Source: Amoebidium appalachense (taxonomy: Eukaryota; Protista; Ichthyosporea). From it: a stretch of DNA of 64,000 bases. The position numbers and the translations under genes are program-made. The first letter of the stretch is position 1, and each line of letters starts with the position of its first letter. The notes under the pieces are model-generated. The model was given only the letters and a program-made list of their open reading frames with translations. It was not told where the DNA came from and did not search any database. Positions 1 through 43,881 of the stretch are shown piece by piece. The DNA lies in assembly GCA_963693365.1 (NCBI GenBank), contig CAVNZM010000014.1, positions 6,758,001 to 6,822,000 of the forward strand, written 5' to 3'.

Positions 1-29
1 GTGTGTGTGCTAACGGTGGCATAAGCGAA

Positions 30-121
30 TTGCTGGCATGACGATACCCAATTCACGACGTTCTTAATATGCTCCGGCACGTGATTCAAACGCCCCGAAT
101 GGGCACTATCCGACCAAGCAA
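30..121 (+). ncRNA. Candidate box C/D snoRNA, copy 1 (probably in an eIF5 intron)
   Basis: Box C-like ATGACGA 38-44, box D-like CCGA 110-113, terminal stem (tgctgg/ccaagca) and guide-like tcacgacgttct 53-64. Near-identical to 1082-1170. Confidence 0.65.
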
Positions 122-240
122 TCCATTCTATCTTCCTGTCTTGCACCCTTACACCCTCTTTGCTAGCCATGGATGTACTTCCTCTCCTCCTCTTCTAAAT
201 GTTCCACGCACTAACCATATATGGGCATTTCCTTTTTTAG

Positions 241-441
241 TTTTGCGACAAGGACCCCGAGACGCAGCGTTGCCTGCTGGGTGCCATTGAGCGCCTGACG
301 TCTGTGCTGTACCCCAGCCTGCTGGCCAAGGTGGCCCACATCATCAAGGCACTCTACGACCTGGACATTGTCGAGGAGGAGGTGTGTGTGTGTGTGTGTG
401 TGTTTGTGGGCTTTTGAGTGTGTGTGTGTGTGTTTGTGGTT

Positions 442-472
<31 letters not shown>

Positions 473-1812
473 GATATGAGTGGGTCCTTTTAAATGTGTG
501 CTTTTGAGTGTATGTGGAGGGGAAGGGGGAAGGGGGGGGGGGGGGGGGGTCGGATCACTCGAATGTGCTGGATTGGTGGCCGCACACATGTGTGAATGTT
601 ATTGTCATTTGGGTGGTCGGGTGGGGGGGGGGGGGGGGGAGAGGGGGATGGGGGAAGGGGGGGAGGGGGTTACTTAGGCGGTGGGTCTGTCGTCATGCCT
701 GTCAGCGAGTGTGTGTGTGTGTGTGTGTGTGCGTTCGTGTGCATCCCCTCTCTTCGTGTGCATGAGTGCGCATGTGCCTGACTACTTTGCTCCCTGCAGG
801 TGCTTGTTGAGTGGGGGGACCAGACCACCTCCAAGTATGTCAGCGGTGAAAACTTCAAGAAGGTCGTGGCCCAGGCAAGGAAGGTCCTCGACTGGCTGAA
901 GTACGTATACTCCCCAAAGATTGTTGGTTTCTCTCAGTGTTTTGTGTCTGTTGGGGTGGTGTTTTGGTTCCTGGCTACCTGCATGGGGGGTTATGATGTG
1001 TTGATATTAGCGGTGTGTTTGTTTCTGTGCAGTGGGTTTTAGGGGTTTACGACACACACGCTAAGGTGTATAAGGTGGATTTCTTGGCATGACGATACCC
1101 AATTCACGACGGTCTTAATATGCTCCGGCAGGTGATTCAAAGGCCCCGAATGGGCACTATCCGACCAAGCAATGTAATGCAATCGATCAACACCCCCCTA
1201 GCACCTTTTATCCGCGCACGTGCACACTTGCACACATGCACTGACCCTTAGCCAATCACAGGGAGGCCGAGAGTGATGACGATGATGAGGATGACGATCT
1301 TGCCTTCAGCTCGAAGGGTGCTGCTGACATCTCCTCGGCAGCTGCTTCCTCCCGCCTTCCTTGTACGTGCCCCCCCCCCCCCCCAAAAAAAAAAAAAAAA
1401 AAAAAAACTTCCCTCTGATCCTACAGTGCACACACGCACACTCCCTCTCCCTCTCTCACTCACGCGTGCGCTCACGGTGACGCACATATAGGCACATGAT
1501 GCGTGGCTGGTGGGTGATTTTCAAGACAGGGCACCACCAAGTGCAGATGCGGTTTATAGCCACAATGGCATTATATGCACGGGGTGTCAGTCTACTTCAT
1601 GTTTGTGCTCACTGGGATGTTGTTCTTTGTTGGTTCCTGCACTTGCACACGTGGTGTATCTTCTGCACACGCAGACTGATTTTTTAATTTGCACACACCG
1701 ACTATTTTAATTTTTATTATCAGCCGTTCCTTCTGCCGGTGCTGCCAAGGCCGCCCCCGCTGCCGCGGCTGCAGAGGACGATGACGATGACCTGGACATC
1801 GACAACATCTAG
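241..1812 (+). CDS. EIF5: Eukaryotic translation initiation factor 5, last four exons (241-381, 800-900, 1262-1362, 1724-1812); 5' part lies outside the window
   Basis: Phase-consistent GT-AG exons translate to ...LLGAIERL...KALYDLDIVEEE|VLVEWGDQTTSKYVS...KVLDWLK|EAESDDDDEDDD...DDDDDLDIDNI*. This matches the W2 domain AA-boxes and the typical eIF5 C-terminus (DDDIDIDAI). Confidence 0.93.
1082..1170 (+). ncRNA. Candidate box C/D snoRNA, copy 2 (eIF5 intron)
   Basis: cttgg-c-ATGACGA(1089-1095)...CCGA(1161-1164)-ccaag forms a terminal stem. tcacgacggtct 1104-1115 is the exact reverse complement of the conserved LSU rRNA sequence AGACCGUCGUGA. Confidence 0.72.
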
Positions 1813-2177
1813 ACGGTGATTGGCTGGGGGTCACGTGCACACCACCCCATTGGTCCACTGCCCTGCCATCTTGATGTGCGACCGTGGTGGCTGGGTTGCT
1901 ATTGGCTGAGGGTCATGTGGTCTTTTGCCTGGTTGTGGCTTGTGCTTGGGACATTGTTCGGGTTTGCCGTTGGTTAGATACCATGCATGTTTACGCTGTG
2001 TGTGTATAATCTAATGGGTGTTCCGATAGTGTAATGTATGTGACGCGGTATTGTGAAGGCATGGACTTAAATATCTGTATTCTGATTTGCCGGCACCGGC
2101 GCTGAATGTGTGCATATGTCGAATTAGTGAGGATGTATTCGAATAAATGAAATGGCTACATTGTCCTCGAAACATTA

Positions 2178-2214
<37 letters not shown>

Positions 2215-2877
2215 CCCTTGCCTGCCTGACCACCCTCTCCCCCTCCTCCGCAGATGCACACATACACAACCATGTACCACTGTGACGGTAGTTATGGGCA
2301 ACCTTCATATTAGCGACTGATATCAAAATTTTGTGGCGAGTGCACTATTACAAGGCTCGTATGCGTTGCCAGCTGCCACCCAAATGCCTAGGCCTGCATG
2401 CAGTTATGGAAATATTTGGGCGGTGTTGTGCGCACTACATGTGCATGTGATAGATCGAGCGCGAGCTCGGCCCGGGTGTGTGCACGTGGCATATGCATGA
2501 CGGTGTGGGTGTGCTCGGGGACTCGAGTATGCAGGCGTCTTAAGGTCGCGCGCCACTGGGTGGAAGGGTGCAGGGCGGACTGTGTGCGTGGCAGCGGTTT
2601 TGGCGCATGTGTGGATGCTCACGTGCTGAGTGAGACGCTGAGTGTGCCAGTGTGCATGTACAGATACAAATGATCCGCGGCCGTCCTCCTCCTCCCCTCC
2701 CCCCCGGGCCCCCTCCTGCTTTGTTTTTGCATCGTACGTGTGTGAGTGTATGCTGGTGTATTTATGCACGCGCCACGTGCACTGTGACGCAGACCTCCGG
2801 CCCGAGAAAGCGAGAGAGAGAGAGGGGGGGGGGGGGGGGGGGGGAGGGGGGATCACTGAGAAATAGGTGCCACAAAT

Positions 2878-2916
<39 letters not shown>

Positions 2917-3663
2917 CGCTATGCATGCACACGTGTACACGGAAGTTATAAATTGTGGGTACCGACCGATTTATGCGCATGCTGCACATGCATGCATGCA
3001 TGCGCAAAAGGACAGACACGGTGTAAATTGTGCAAAATCGGAAGAAGTTACTCTACCAGGATCATAGGAGATATCAAAAACGGACTTTTTAGTTATCTCT
3101 TCAGATTATCAATTGCAGCTCCAAGTCACTACTTGAAAAGGCTACACGTGAATAAATAAGTAATCAAACCCATTCATATATTAGCTTTCTTCTTCAAATT
3201 CATGCTAACATCAAAGACATGCTTACCCAGTCTAGCTGCTCAGCCTACAACAATATACAACCAAACTACAAAGCAAACTTTACAGTTAACGGCAATATGG
3301 CAAACTTTAAATTTATAACTACAAGTAGGCAGGTCACATGATGGTAGAAGAGCATGGTAAACGTTCTTTGAACAAGGGAAGATTGTCGCAAATATGTAAT
3401 CATGTACAATTCATGGGTGATTTTTTTTTTACTTAGCCTAAGTGTGCATGTTTTCCTACAATATGTATTTGCCAAGCAAGGTAACGAATAAAACGGTAAA
3501 ATTAAATTTTCTGAATGTATTCACCTTTCTCGTGGAGACATCATCGGTGGTAAATAACGCTCTAGAATCCAAACTATCATGGTGCAACGTGAGTTGTAAT
3601 GCCCATAAACCCCCCCATTACCTTCTTGGTCATAACAAAAAAACCCCACAATCAGCAACTTAA

Positions 3664-4407
3664 TTAATGTGTATGCACATAGAACCACATCACCCCATCC
3701 ACATGATATTTCTGCACAGACCCCGCACCAACACCCAGCGCAGTTGCTGAGTCGACAAAACATGAGAACCCGTAGCCTTGAGGTGCCTGTCTCGGACGTC
3801 CAACCTTATCAAAAGAATTCCTTACATCTTTGTCTGTTTTCAGTAGACTTCCCTGTACGTGATATTGTGTTGGGCCTTGGTCGATTAGCGTAATCGTGAT
3901 GCTGTGGGGAAAAAGCCACACCAAGTGATCATCAAAGGCAGGGCCCCGGGGGAGTAGACGAAAGGACACCGCCATATTCCCGGCCTGTTCGGGTCTCGAC
4001 CCGTTAAAGTATGCGTCCAACCAGAAAGAATACCCGTTTGGAAGCACCGCATGTGTAGAGCTTCTATACCGCCCGGGGGCATCGTTTATTGTGGCCGATG
4101 TGACGTTTCTTAGACATACGAATGCCCCCTAGGTGAGCCGCGGCGAATTGCCAAATGCTTTGGGGAAGAAGTGACGGGCCATGACCGAATCGCGCAATCC
4201 GATGACGATTTCAAGCGATTCTACTTGTCGGTAGAGGAGGGGCACGTGTGCTTGTGTCTGCACGTGCTCTTCTATTTTGCTGCGAATAATTTGTTGGCGG
4301 CAGCCAAGAGCAGGACATCTGATTGGTGCTGCCACACAGGAGCCACGGTGGCCTGCGGGAGGAAAAGATATTATTGAAGATATGTGTGTGTGTGTGTGTG
4401 TGTGTGT

Positions 4408-4438
<31 letters not shown>

Positions 4439-4653
4439 TGTGTGGGTGCGGCATGTCTGGATGCATGTATGCATGTACACGTGTACACAGCACTACACTG
4501 TTTTCAGATAACAACATTAATTGTCATAAAAACATGCAGTAAGCCACGTGTGTAAGCGCACATATGTTCTGCAATATGCAAAGAAAAGCAATAACCGGTA
4601 CCCTTGTGATGCGCACCGTAAATTATCCTTACTCTTACTCATCCCATCCCCCA

Positions 4654-4715
<62 letters not shown>

Positions 4716-6202
4716 CCCGCCCCGCCCGCCCGCCCGCCCGCCCACCGGCCTGCCCGTCACCCACCGAAAAAAAATCTCACCATTTATGCCAAAGCACACG
4801 ACACAACACACCCTTACCCCGGAAAAAATGCGCAAATTTCCGCAACAGACCAAATACTAGCACTTGCACAATCCAGATGTGAAGCAAGTGAGTAAATATC
4901 ACGCTAGTGGACCCAAATAGAGACATTGGTTGCAGACAATTTCTAGCAACCCTCCCCCCCCCCCCCCCCCCCCCCCCCCCCGTCTGCCCGTTCCCCCCCT
5001 TCTTCTGGGCCTTTTGCCTTCCATCATCTGACTGCCGCACCTTTCTCCTCTTATCCACCCCTACTCTAGCATCTTTCAGTTCTCCCTCCCTCTCCTCCCT
5101 TTCCTGCAACTCCTTCCTCCCGCCTCCCTGCCTCCCCCCTCCCATCAATTTCCCCCCAGTTTTTCCTGCTTCTTACTGCAAAATAATGCTTTGAGGCCTG
5201 GGGAGAGATATAAATAGGACTTGGGACTGCTAACATGGGTGTTGGATCGAAAGCTTTCGATCCAAGTGTCCGTGGGAAGCTTGTGTGTATGTGTATGTGT
5301 GGGTCTGTGAGTAAGTAGTTGTGTGTGTATGTATGTGTAGGTGTGGGTCTGTGAGTAAGTGGTTGTGTGTGTGTATGTGCGTGTGTGTGTGCCTGCGCAC
5401 GAGGAAGGAGATGTGTGAGTGTGGGTGGGTGGGGGAGAAGGGGGGGAGGAGGGGAGGAGGGAAAGGAAAGGAGGGGAATCTGAGAGAATGACTCATAAGG
5501 GGGTTCTGTGTGAAGGTGTGGTTGTCTCAGTGGCAGCATAGAGTTTCGGAGTGGGAAAAAGACGAGACACGTGAAGAAGGGGAAGGACTGGACGGAGGCC
5601 ACCTATCGGGAGGCACGGGGAGGGGGGAGGGGCGGGAAGGGGGGGAAGGCGAGGGCAGGGGGGGGGGGGAGGGGGGGGGGGGGGGGAGGGGGGAGGGGAG
5701 GGGGGGGGGGGGGGCAGGAAGCCTCACCTTCCCAGTCTCGGCGAGGCACTTTGCTGTGGCAATCTTTGCATGTCTGCACAGAAAATGGGCACTCGTGTTC
5801 GTGCGCCTGCATCTTCACTCTGGGTATCATCGCCCTACACCCCTCGTTAACGCACTGTGTGGGCTGGTAGGATCACTTTGCCACATGGTCGGAGATGGAC
5901 CCGATGGTGCAGGCGTGCTCACACCCATTCTCCTTGTTGTTGCAGCTCGAGGTTTCCATGTGTGCGTGCCAGCCGCTTTCCAAAGTCAACGAGGTCTTTC
6001 TTTGTGAGTTTTTCTCTCTCGTTCGGACACGTCTTGCTACGAGTGAGCCAATCTTCGATGCAAGGGCGGCAAAACACACCTCGCACTCTCGTGTGATGCA
6101 ACGGTTCTCTTTGCTTGGCACCTCTGTGCAGATGGAACATACGTAGTCTTTGGCTGAAACGGCATATTCGGGTAGAAAGCGGGAGAGGTCGAAGCGTTCC
6201 AT
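3664..6202 (-). pseudogene. TRAF-like RING / TRAF zinc finger / MATH gene, disabled (exons 6202-5728 and 4352-3664)
   Basis: RING (CSIC...FCRPCIEDWL...TCP), TRAF-type zinc fingers (CNNKENGC, HEHECPFSVQTCKDC, CPALGC) and MATH (GYSFWLDAYFNG...FDDHLVWLFPHSITITLIDQ...GYGFSCFV). Frameshifts near 6080 and 5946; in-frame TGA 5873-5875 and TAG 4129-4131. Confidence 0.85.
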
Positions 6203-6681
6203 GGTTGATTTACCCGACAGGTGACGAGAGAGAGAGGGGGAAGGGGGGGGGGGGGGGGGGGAGGGTTGAAGGAGAGAGAGAGAAATACAGGGAGAGAGAG
6301 AGACAGAGAGAGAGAGCGAGAAAGAGAGCGAGAAAGAGAGGGGGGGACAGAGAGAGAGGTGGGGGGAGAGGGCGGGGGGGGGGGGGGGGGGGGGGGAGGA
6401 GAGAGAATGAGAGAGAGAGAGAGACAGAGAGAGCGAGAGAGATGGGGGGGGGGGGGGGGGGGGGGAGAGGGGTAGAAGAGTGAGAGAGAGGGTGGGGGAG
6501 GGAGAGAGAATCGTTGAGGGGTCTGAATGAGTCGATGTAGAACCGTTCCTCCTCTTTATCATTTCATGACGAATCCATCCTCAACATGTCTTTCATAGTC
6601 TGGCACTTACTGACGTCATGAAACCACAAAGAGGCGGCATATGGCGTTCATATATAGAAGTTGAAGTATACGCTGTAGACT

Positions 6682-6713
6682 ACGCGGGTTTTGGCGCGAA
6701 AAATTCCCCGCGT
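6682..6713. promoter_or_regulatory. E2F-type site in a probable divergent promoter
   Basis: TTTGGCGCGAAA at 6690-6701 is the DHFR-type overlapping E2F palindrome, flanked by the inverted repeat acgcggg/cccgcgt. A CCAAT box lies near 6924 and TGACGTCA at 6611-6618, between two divergent genes. Confidence 0.4.
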
Positions 6714-7570
6714 CGCTGAGCCATATGTACACGTGTGGACAAGTGAATTTCGTTCGGCTGCTAAATAGAGCTCGAGGGTTTGGATGTGCCAGCCAAATCA
6801 CATGCTCTGTGAGCCTTTTTTTCCCCAGTACTCCTACGGTTCTACAAACAAGTCGAAATGTTTTGGTAGTCTGTCAATGCATATAGCAAAGGAGTAAGGA
6901 GGACTGGTTCGGAATCTTTCCTACCAATCAGACATCAGATCCTCCTGATGCGTAACCCCGCAACACTGGAAATGGAGAATGGAGGAACTGCCCCACAAAG
7001 TAAACCTGTTTCTCTCTTACAGCAAGGCTTCACGTTTCTTTGCATTGTGCTGCTCTCGAATGTGTAGAGCAAAGAGCGCACACAAACGTGTCGCTTAGCA
7101 GTGTGTTTTCCTTGCTTTTCATTAGTTGAACTTACATGAAGCACGGGAAGCCACTGAAGGTTTCAAGCTATGACAAGACATGCATTTAGTAGCTTGGCGG
7201 GAAGGCGGCATGCGGCGGGCTTGTTGGGCGGGCCAGGGAAGAGGGGAAGAGGGGAGGTGTGTGTGCGTGTGCGTGTGTGTGTGTGTGTGGAGGGAGGTGG
7301 TGGTGGTGGTGGTGGTGGTGGTGGTGGTGGTGGTTGGGGGGGGGGGGGGGGGGGGGGAGGGGGGGGGGGGGGGGGGGGGCAAACCCAAAGGACAAAGAAA
7401 AACGAAAAGAAGCCGACTTTTGGTGGTGTTGTTGTTGTTGTTGTTGTTGTTGTTGTGTGTGCGTGTGTGTGTGCCTGTGTGTGCGTGTGTGTGCGAGTGC
7501 GTGCGTGTGTGCGTGGGTGCGTGTGTGCCTACCCTTGTGTGTGCTACCTCAAACTGGTGTGGTTTCCCAG

Positions 7571-18011
<10,441 letters not shown>

Positions 18012-18019
18012 GCGTGATT

Positions 18020-18122
18020 GATACATTTAAGCATAATGTAATGAGTACATTTAAGCATGATGTCATTGGTACACTAAGTTAAGCATAATGTACACAATTA
18101 ATACATTTAAGAATGAATGTAA
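18020..18122 (+). repeat. Short AT-rich tandem repeat (~25-30 bp, ~4 copies) just after the stop codon
   Basis: Recurring tacatttaagcataatgta-like units. Confidence 0.6.
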
Positions 18123-20916
18123 TTAACGGAAATACATAAATGCATGCCATGGGACTTCATTAGTTAGGGAAGGAGTTATCTGAATCGTAACCTTAAAGTC
18201 CCATTTCTGAAAGGAACAAGGGTTTCCGGATCCGCCCGGCCCTGTAGCCTTGTATACGGTATTAATATGAACCCATTACTAGCTTTTTTTTTAGTTGCCG
18301 TGGGAGGTTGGTGTAGATTTGTGGGGTTGTTGGCATGGTACGTACACCAGGCTTAAATATGGAAATGAAACTCTGTGTAATATCAACATTATAAAACCAG
18401 ACATGATGACAACATGCATTAATCAAGTGATGTGTGATTAAAAGAGACGGAAATTATGCATGCAGGCCATGCACGACAACACTTCCTTCATTAATAATTA
18501 GTTAGAATAAACCTGATAGCAAGACCAGTACGTAAATTTCAAAATTATACGTGTACACCACGGGAATTTCAAACGTGCGCACGTGTGTATGTCCACGTAC
18601 GTGTACACATCCAGATCAGAGCCATCTGGCCCTATGAGAAAGAGGTACATAAGGCATCATAGGTGCATGCATGTGCTACTGTGTTTACGGCCGACCGTGG
18701 CGCTGGCGTGGGTGGGTCCGCTGGGTCGACGGTGGCACCCGGCCACACGTGTCCTCGGGTCCGAGAGGAATTATGAAAATATGCACGTGTACATGTGGGG
18801 CTTTCATGCGCTATCATAAAACAAGCATGTATCCGAGGTGACGGAACAAACATGTGACATTATGTCATGGGTGCCTGCACCAAAACACCATGTGTGCACG
18901 TGTCTTATAGTTAGGCCACCTGCACGTGTACATGTACATGTACATGTGACAGTATTGGGTCAAATTTGCCTGATCGAGCCCGAGAACTAACTGCGAAAGT
19001 GTGAAAACTTATGGTCTTTATATACTTATTGACTTGCTCGAAAGTTTCAATCTGATTGGTGCTTCTAAGGCTGCGTGAACGGGGGCAAAAGTTCTAAATG
19101 CTCAAAAAATGTAAACAAAAAGCATTATTATGTGCGAATAAGGATAACGCCAAACAATTGATTTCTATGAAAATAGAAATTAATTATAAAGCTCCTTGTA
19201 TGTACAGACGTGTGCTTTTTTCAGTGCATCGTTTACGAATCTGACTGTGCCACGGCAACCCGGTCGCTCTCGCCTCCAGGTCAAGACTCCAGACTCGAGA
19301 CTCAAGAATTTATAATTATGATCATGGACCACATGGCAGCTGCCTGGAATTTGAGACCCCGCCGACTACCGTCGTGACTCGACGAGTCGTGAATGTGCAG
19401 CCAAGACCCACCACACCGCAAACCCTTTTGTGTGTTGTTAACTGTTGTGCTATTAATTATTAAGCCATGTGAATTACTGTGTCTGTGCGCATCTTTCTTT
19501 TCCATGGCTTTACTTTATGAAAACACGAAATGTTTCTTTGGCCGATGAAGTTTGGGGGGATTCATTTCCTGCCCTGCAAAAGGAACCAATCGGAATTGGC
19601 TATTTCTCATAAAAGATTTTCAAGCCCTGTCTATTGTGTAGATAGCCTGACGGTCACTCACCCAGAGAAAAAGATGTACAAAAAGCTCAGGCGGTTCCGA
19701 ATAAACGTTAAACATAATTTATTGTGAAGCATACGCGCCAACCCAGTTATCTCTTCTACATGCATAGCAGAACGCTTACAGCCATCATTGTGGCACGCAC
19801 GGATGGAATGTGCCCAGTATATCCAAATATGCAGAGAAGGGGCGGTCTGTTCTGGTCGATCCAGCCCGAAAACTTTCGGGTTGGGCATGACCAGACCAAC
19901 CCGAAATATTTCGGGTACCGGTTGGGCTAGGGCGTTTGGGCTGGGGTACCTTATGATCTGGCCTCTCCCCAGCAGTAACAGAGTGTTTGTAACTTGGAAA
20001 ACCCTAAGCAGGTTCAAATTTATGTAAAAAAATATGTGTGGTGTAAATCGCATGTTTTTTAGTGTGGGCTGGGTTTGTCCCCAAGGCCCAAGCTCATATA
20101 TGACGCCTTGGAGTGCGCCGCCCAGGCCATGATGGCAGCATTTTGCGCAAACAGGTTAGCTATATTTGGTTACACATTAGCTATATTTAGTAGTACCCGC
20201 CAGCCCAACCCAGCCCGAAAAAAATTCGGGTTGGGCTGACCAGACCAATATGGTCTGTCTCACGAATGCTTCTTTATGATTAGCATAAAGTCACAGTCAA
20301 CTTACACCACATAGCAGCACAATGACCCAGTGACCTGGCAGTCAAGTGCGCACCCAGCGATTTAAAATTCCTGCAAGCTCCAAGTAATGGAAAAATATTA
20401 TAACTAATATTTTTTTAACAGAAAAATCACTACACTCTGTCTATTTGTTTCGTGGAACGTGGCGCATGTAGCCATGGCGGCAGGTATGTGCTATTTAGGG
20501 AGGCCTTGATCGTGCCGCAGCGGTGGTCCATGGACCTTGTTTGATCCGGTCTAAAAATAGCAAACTGCGATTCACATTTCAGACGTGACCGACTCCTGCA
20601 GAGGAAGATTGTGTTGTAGGTGGTGAGTCACTCATGACAAGGAGAGGGGGGAGTAAACTACAAAAATAGACTGTATACACAGGCATACACACGCCTATCA
20701 ACCACGGAGTTGTAGTGATTACCGTGACGAGAAAAGAGCAGAATAAGTAGTTCTTTTTTTGCATACACACACTCACCTATAGAAGTTTACACGGCATCAC
20801 TTCGAAAGTTGTCGTGCTTTCGCAGTGCCCGCAAGTCATTTACAGGGTGCATGAACACTATACTGTCACGATGATAGGGGGGCCTTTGATTACTGTGACC
20901 AATAGATAAAGGCCCA

Positions 20917-41356
<20,440 letters not shown>

Positions 41357-42255
41357 ATTTTTTTCTTTGAATGAATGCAACATGAATATTGTGCTCGCCG
41401 TAATCTCAAATTGATTAATGACTTCTCATATCGTTGGTTGAATCAGCATCGGTTGTGTTGGATGGTATGTGTGGCATCCACGCACCGTATTGCTTGTGTA
41501 AATGAATATCTTCAGTTTTGGAGTTTTTTGTTTGAATTTTTGTGCTTTAATTCCTCTCTCCTACATTATTCATGTGCACTTGTTACTTGTACAAAACACG
41601 TGCACACATACACATACACAATCACACACATACACATACGCATATGCATTCACATACGCATAGGCAAATACGTGCGCATCGCACACACGCACACCACCCG
41701 TTTCATACGGTAATTATCGATATGATCTGACTAGCTAATAGCGCACACCCCACCCAAGGATGGTGGGTCCTAGAACACGGGTCGAATGACCCTCATAGCA
41801 CGTGTTTCCTGGTGTGTCAGCGGGGACTGACTCCACACACGTGTAGGCATGAATGAAATGCACGTGGAATGTATGGTATGTATTTGGACTGATTTCGTTG
41901 GATAATTGCGTATAATAAACACTCGTATGCTGGTGAGCACCGTCAGTATAATTGGCACCAAGTTTTGAGGGCCACAGCAAGAGAAAATGTGCACGAATAT
42001 TTAATGCCACTCGCTTGCGCTCGCACCATCCCATATGCGTGTATGACCTGAGGTACACGCAAGGGCATTATGGTGCACACACTCTCTCATTCAAGTACAC
42101 TTGCCCATTCAACAAAGGCTGAACATGTCATAACTTCTGCACATATGCATGGTAGGCAGAAGCATCGCATGTATTTTTCACCGTAGACGGCGTCGAAGGG
42201 TGCCATATGTGCATGCAGTTCAAATTTGCCGGGACACTGTAGCTCTGAATAGTTG

Positions 42256-42487
42256 CACGACGTTTGTCCTAATGTGATGTGTGTATGAGTATGTGCATGT
42301 ACGTGGGTGCAACACATAGGCGTGCCTGACTTTGAGTTTCACGAAAGAGGTATCCGTGCACACAGAATTACAAACACACACACCGTGACACACACTGACA
42401 CACACACGCACACACACACCGTGGTAACCACAACGCCCAGGTACATGCACATACTCATATGCACATCACATTAGGACAAACGTCGTG
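42256..42487. repeat. 47-bp inverted repeat pair (42256-42302 / 42441-42487), MITE- or hairpin-like
   Basis: cacgacgtttgtcctaatgtgatgtg..tatgagtatgtgcatgtac matches its reverse complement with 2 mismatches; no target-site duplication seen. Confidence 0.75.
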
Positions 42488-42501
42488 ACCTTGGGGGAGA
42501 A

Positions 42502-42572
<71 letters not shown>

Positions 42573-43881
42573 ACGGAGAGGTGGTCGTCATCCTCACTGA
42601 GGATGCATGGCACGTACTGCACTCAAATCGGCGAGACTAACACAAATAAAAGCATAGGTCACCCGAGTTTGCATTATCCACGTTGGCAGTCTTCTCTTGC
42701 CCAATAAAAGTGCAACTTGCCATGGTGCTGGGTACACTATAAGGAAGTTGCATAGGGCCTGGCATTCAGTACTTCAGAAATTACGTGAAAAATTGCCCGT
42801 GCTCAACATGCTTGGACTAAGTAAAAAAAACTTTTGAAGTCTTCTCAATGAGAGAGTAAGTTTAACGTTGGGAATCCAATGATGGTGGCAGGCTACTCAT
42901 TTATTACTCATCTGGTCAAAAGCTGTACGTACAAACCATTCTTGCCTGCCAGGGCTAGGGAGGGCAACATCCCTCTTGGCGTTGCTTATTTAATTATATA
43001 ATACCGCTGATCGGGTGCCAACCATCGGAGCAAAACCTGCAAAAATACGGACTGATGCAACTCCACAGGCAGCTAATTTGAAGGTACGTGCGCATGCATG
43101 GACAGGTCCTTTCATTCAACATAGAACGAGATCCACCTTTAAGCTGTAATAACGTGCTAAGTTGTAGCCAGACTATCTATATCTATAGTGATGATGATGT
43201 GTTGGTTTTTTTTTTAGTTTGGAAAAAAAAACATAGGTAAAGAAAAGAAAATATCAACACCAGGACGAACACGAAGGATGTATGATGGTTTCGATTCTGT
43301 CAAATGCAATAATCGAGGAGCCCTTGGGCCCCTAGCGCGGCCATGTCGGCCTTCAAGTTTCCACTTGCGAGGGCTTTTCTTCGTTTGTCTCAAGTACGAC
43401 GTACCATTATCGTGCACAGATTCAACGATATCTCTGCACATTCTTCATAGCTACGGAAAATATTTAAATGCTGCCTATAAATCCAATTAGTTGATACAAA
43501 AATACCACGCCACACATAACTCAATTTAATATTTATATTTCTGGTGTGCTCATGTCCGACCTCTCAGCGAAAGAAAATGCGATTGTTATCGAGGTCATAA
43601 AAGACGTATGCGAAGATTTTTAAGCGTCTGTGATTGGCCGCAGGAGAGGTGCGGAGCAACGCCAATGAAATCGCATTTCGCAAAATTTATCCGGAATCAA
43701 TAACAGTGTAGGTATACAGTGAGGTTTCACTCATACATGTACTAGGGTATCACTGCAAGATTATAGAAGATTTTTCCTCATTAATAATCTTAGGAGATAG
43801 ATGTAAGCACTGTAGCCTAGTAGAGAAATAAAATTACATCCGCTGGGTGTGAAATATGCAAGAAGCATACGTCCGCATGAA

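Noticed and set aside
1494-1682. Possible third intronic box C/D RNA (ATGATG...CTGA)
   Set aside because: Imperfect box C, no clear terminal stem or rRNA complement, single copy.
5873-5875. TGA at a conserved Cys as selenocysteine or a variant genetic code
   Set aside because: The same gene has a TAG and two frameshifts, the site is a structural zinc ligand, and KSR ends in TGA.
18540-18960. Dense CACGTG E-boxes
   Set aside because: Expected by-product of the genome-wide alternating purine-pyrimidine composition.
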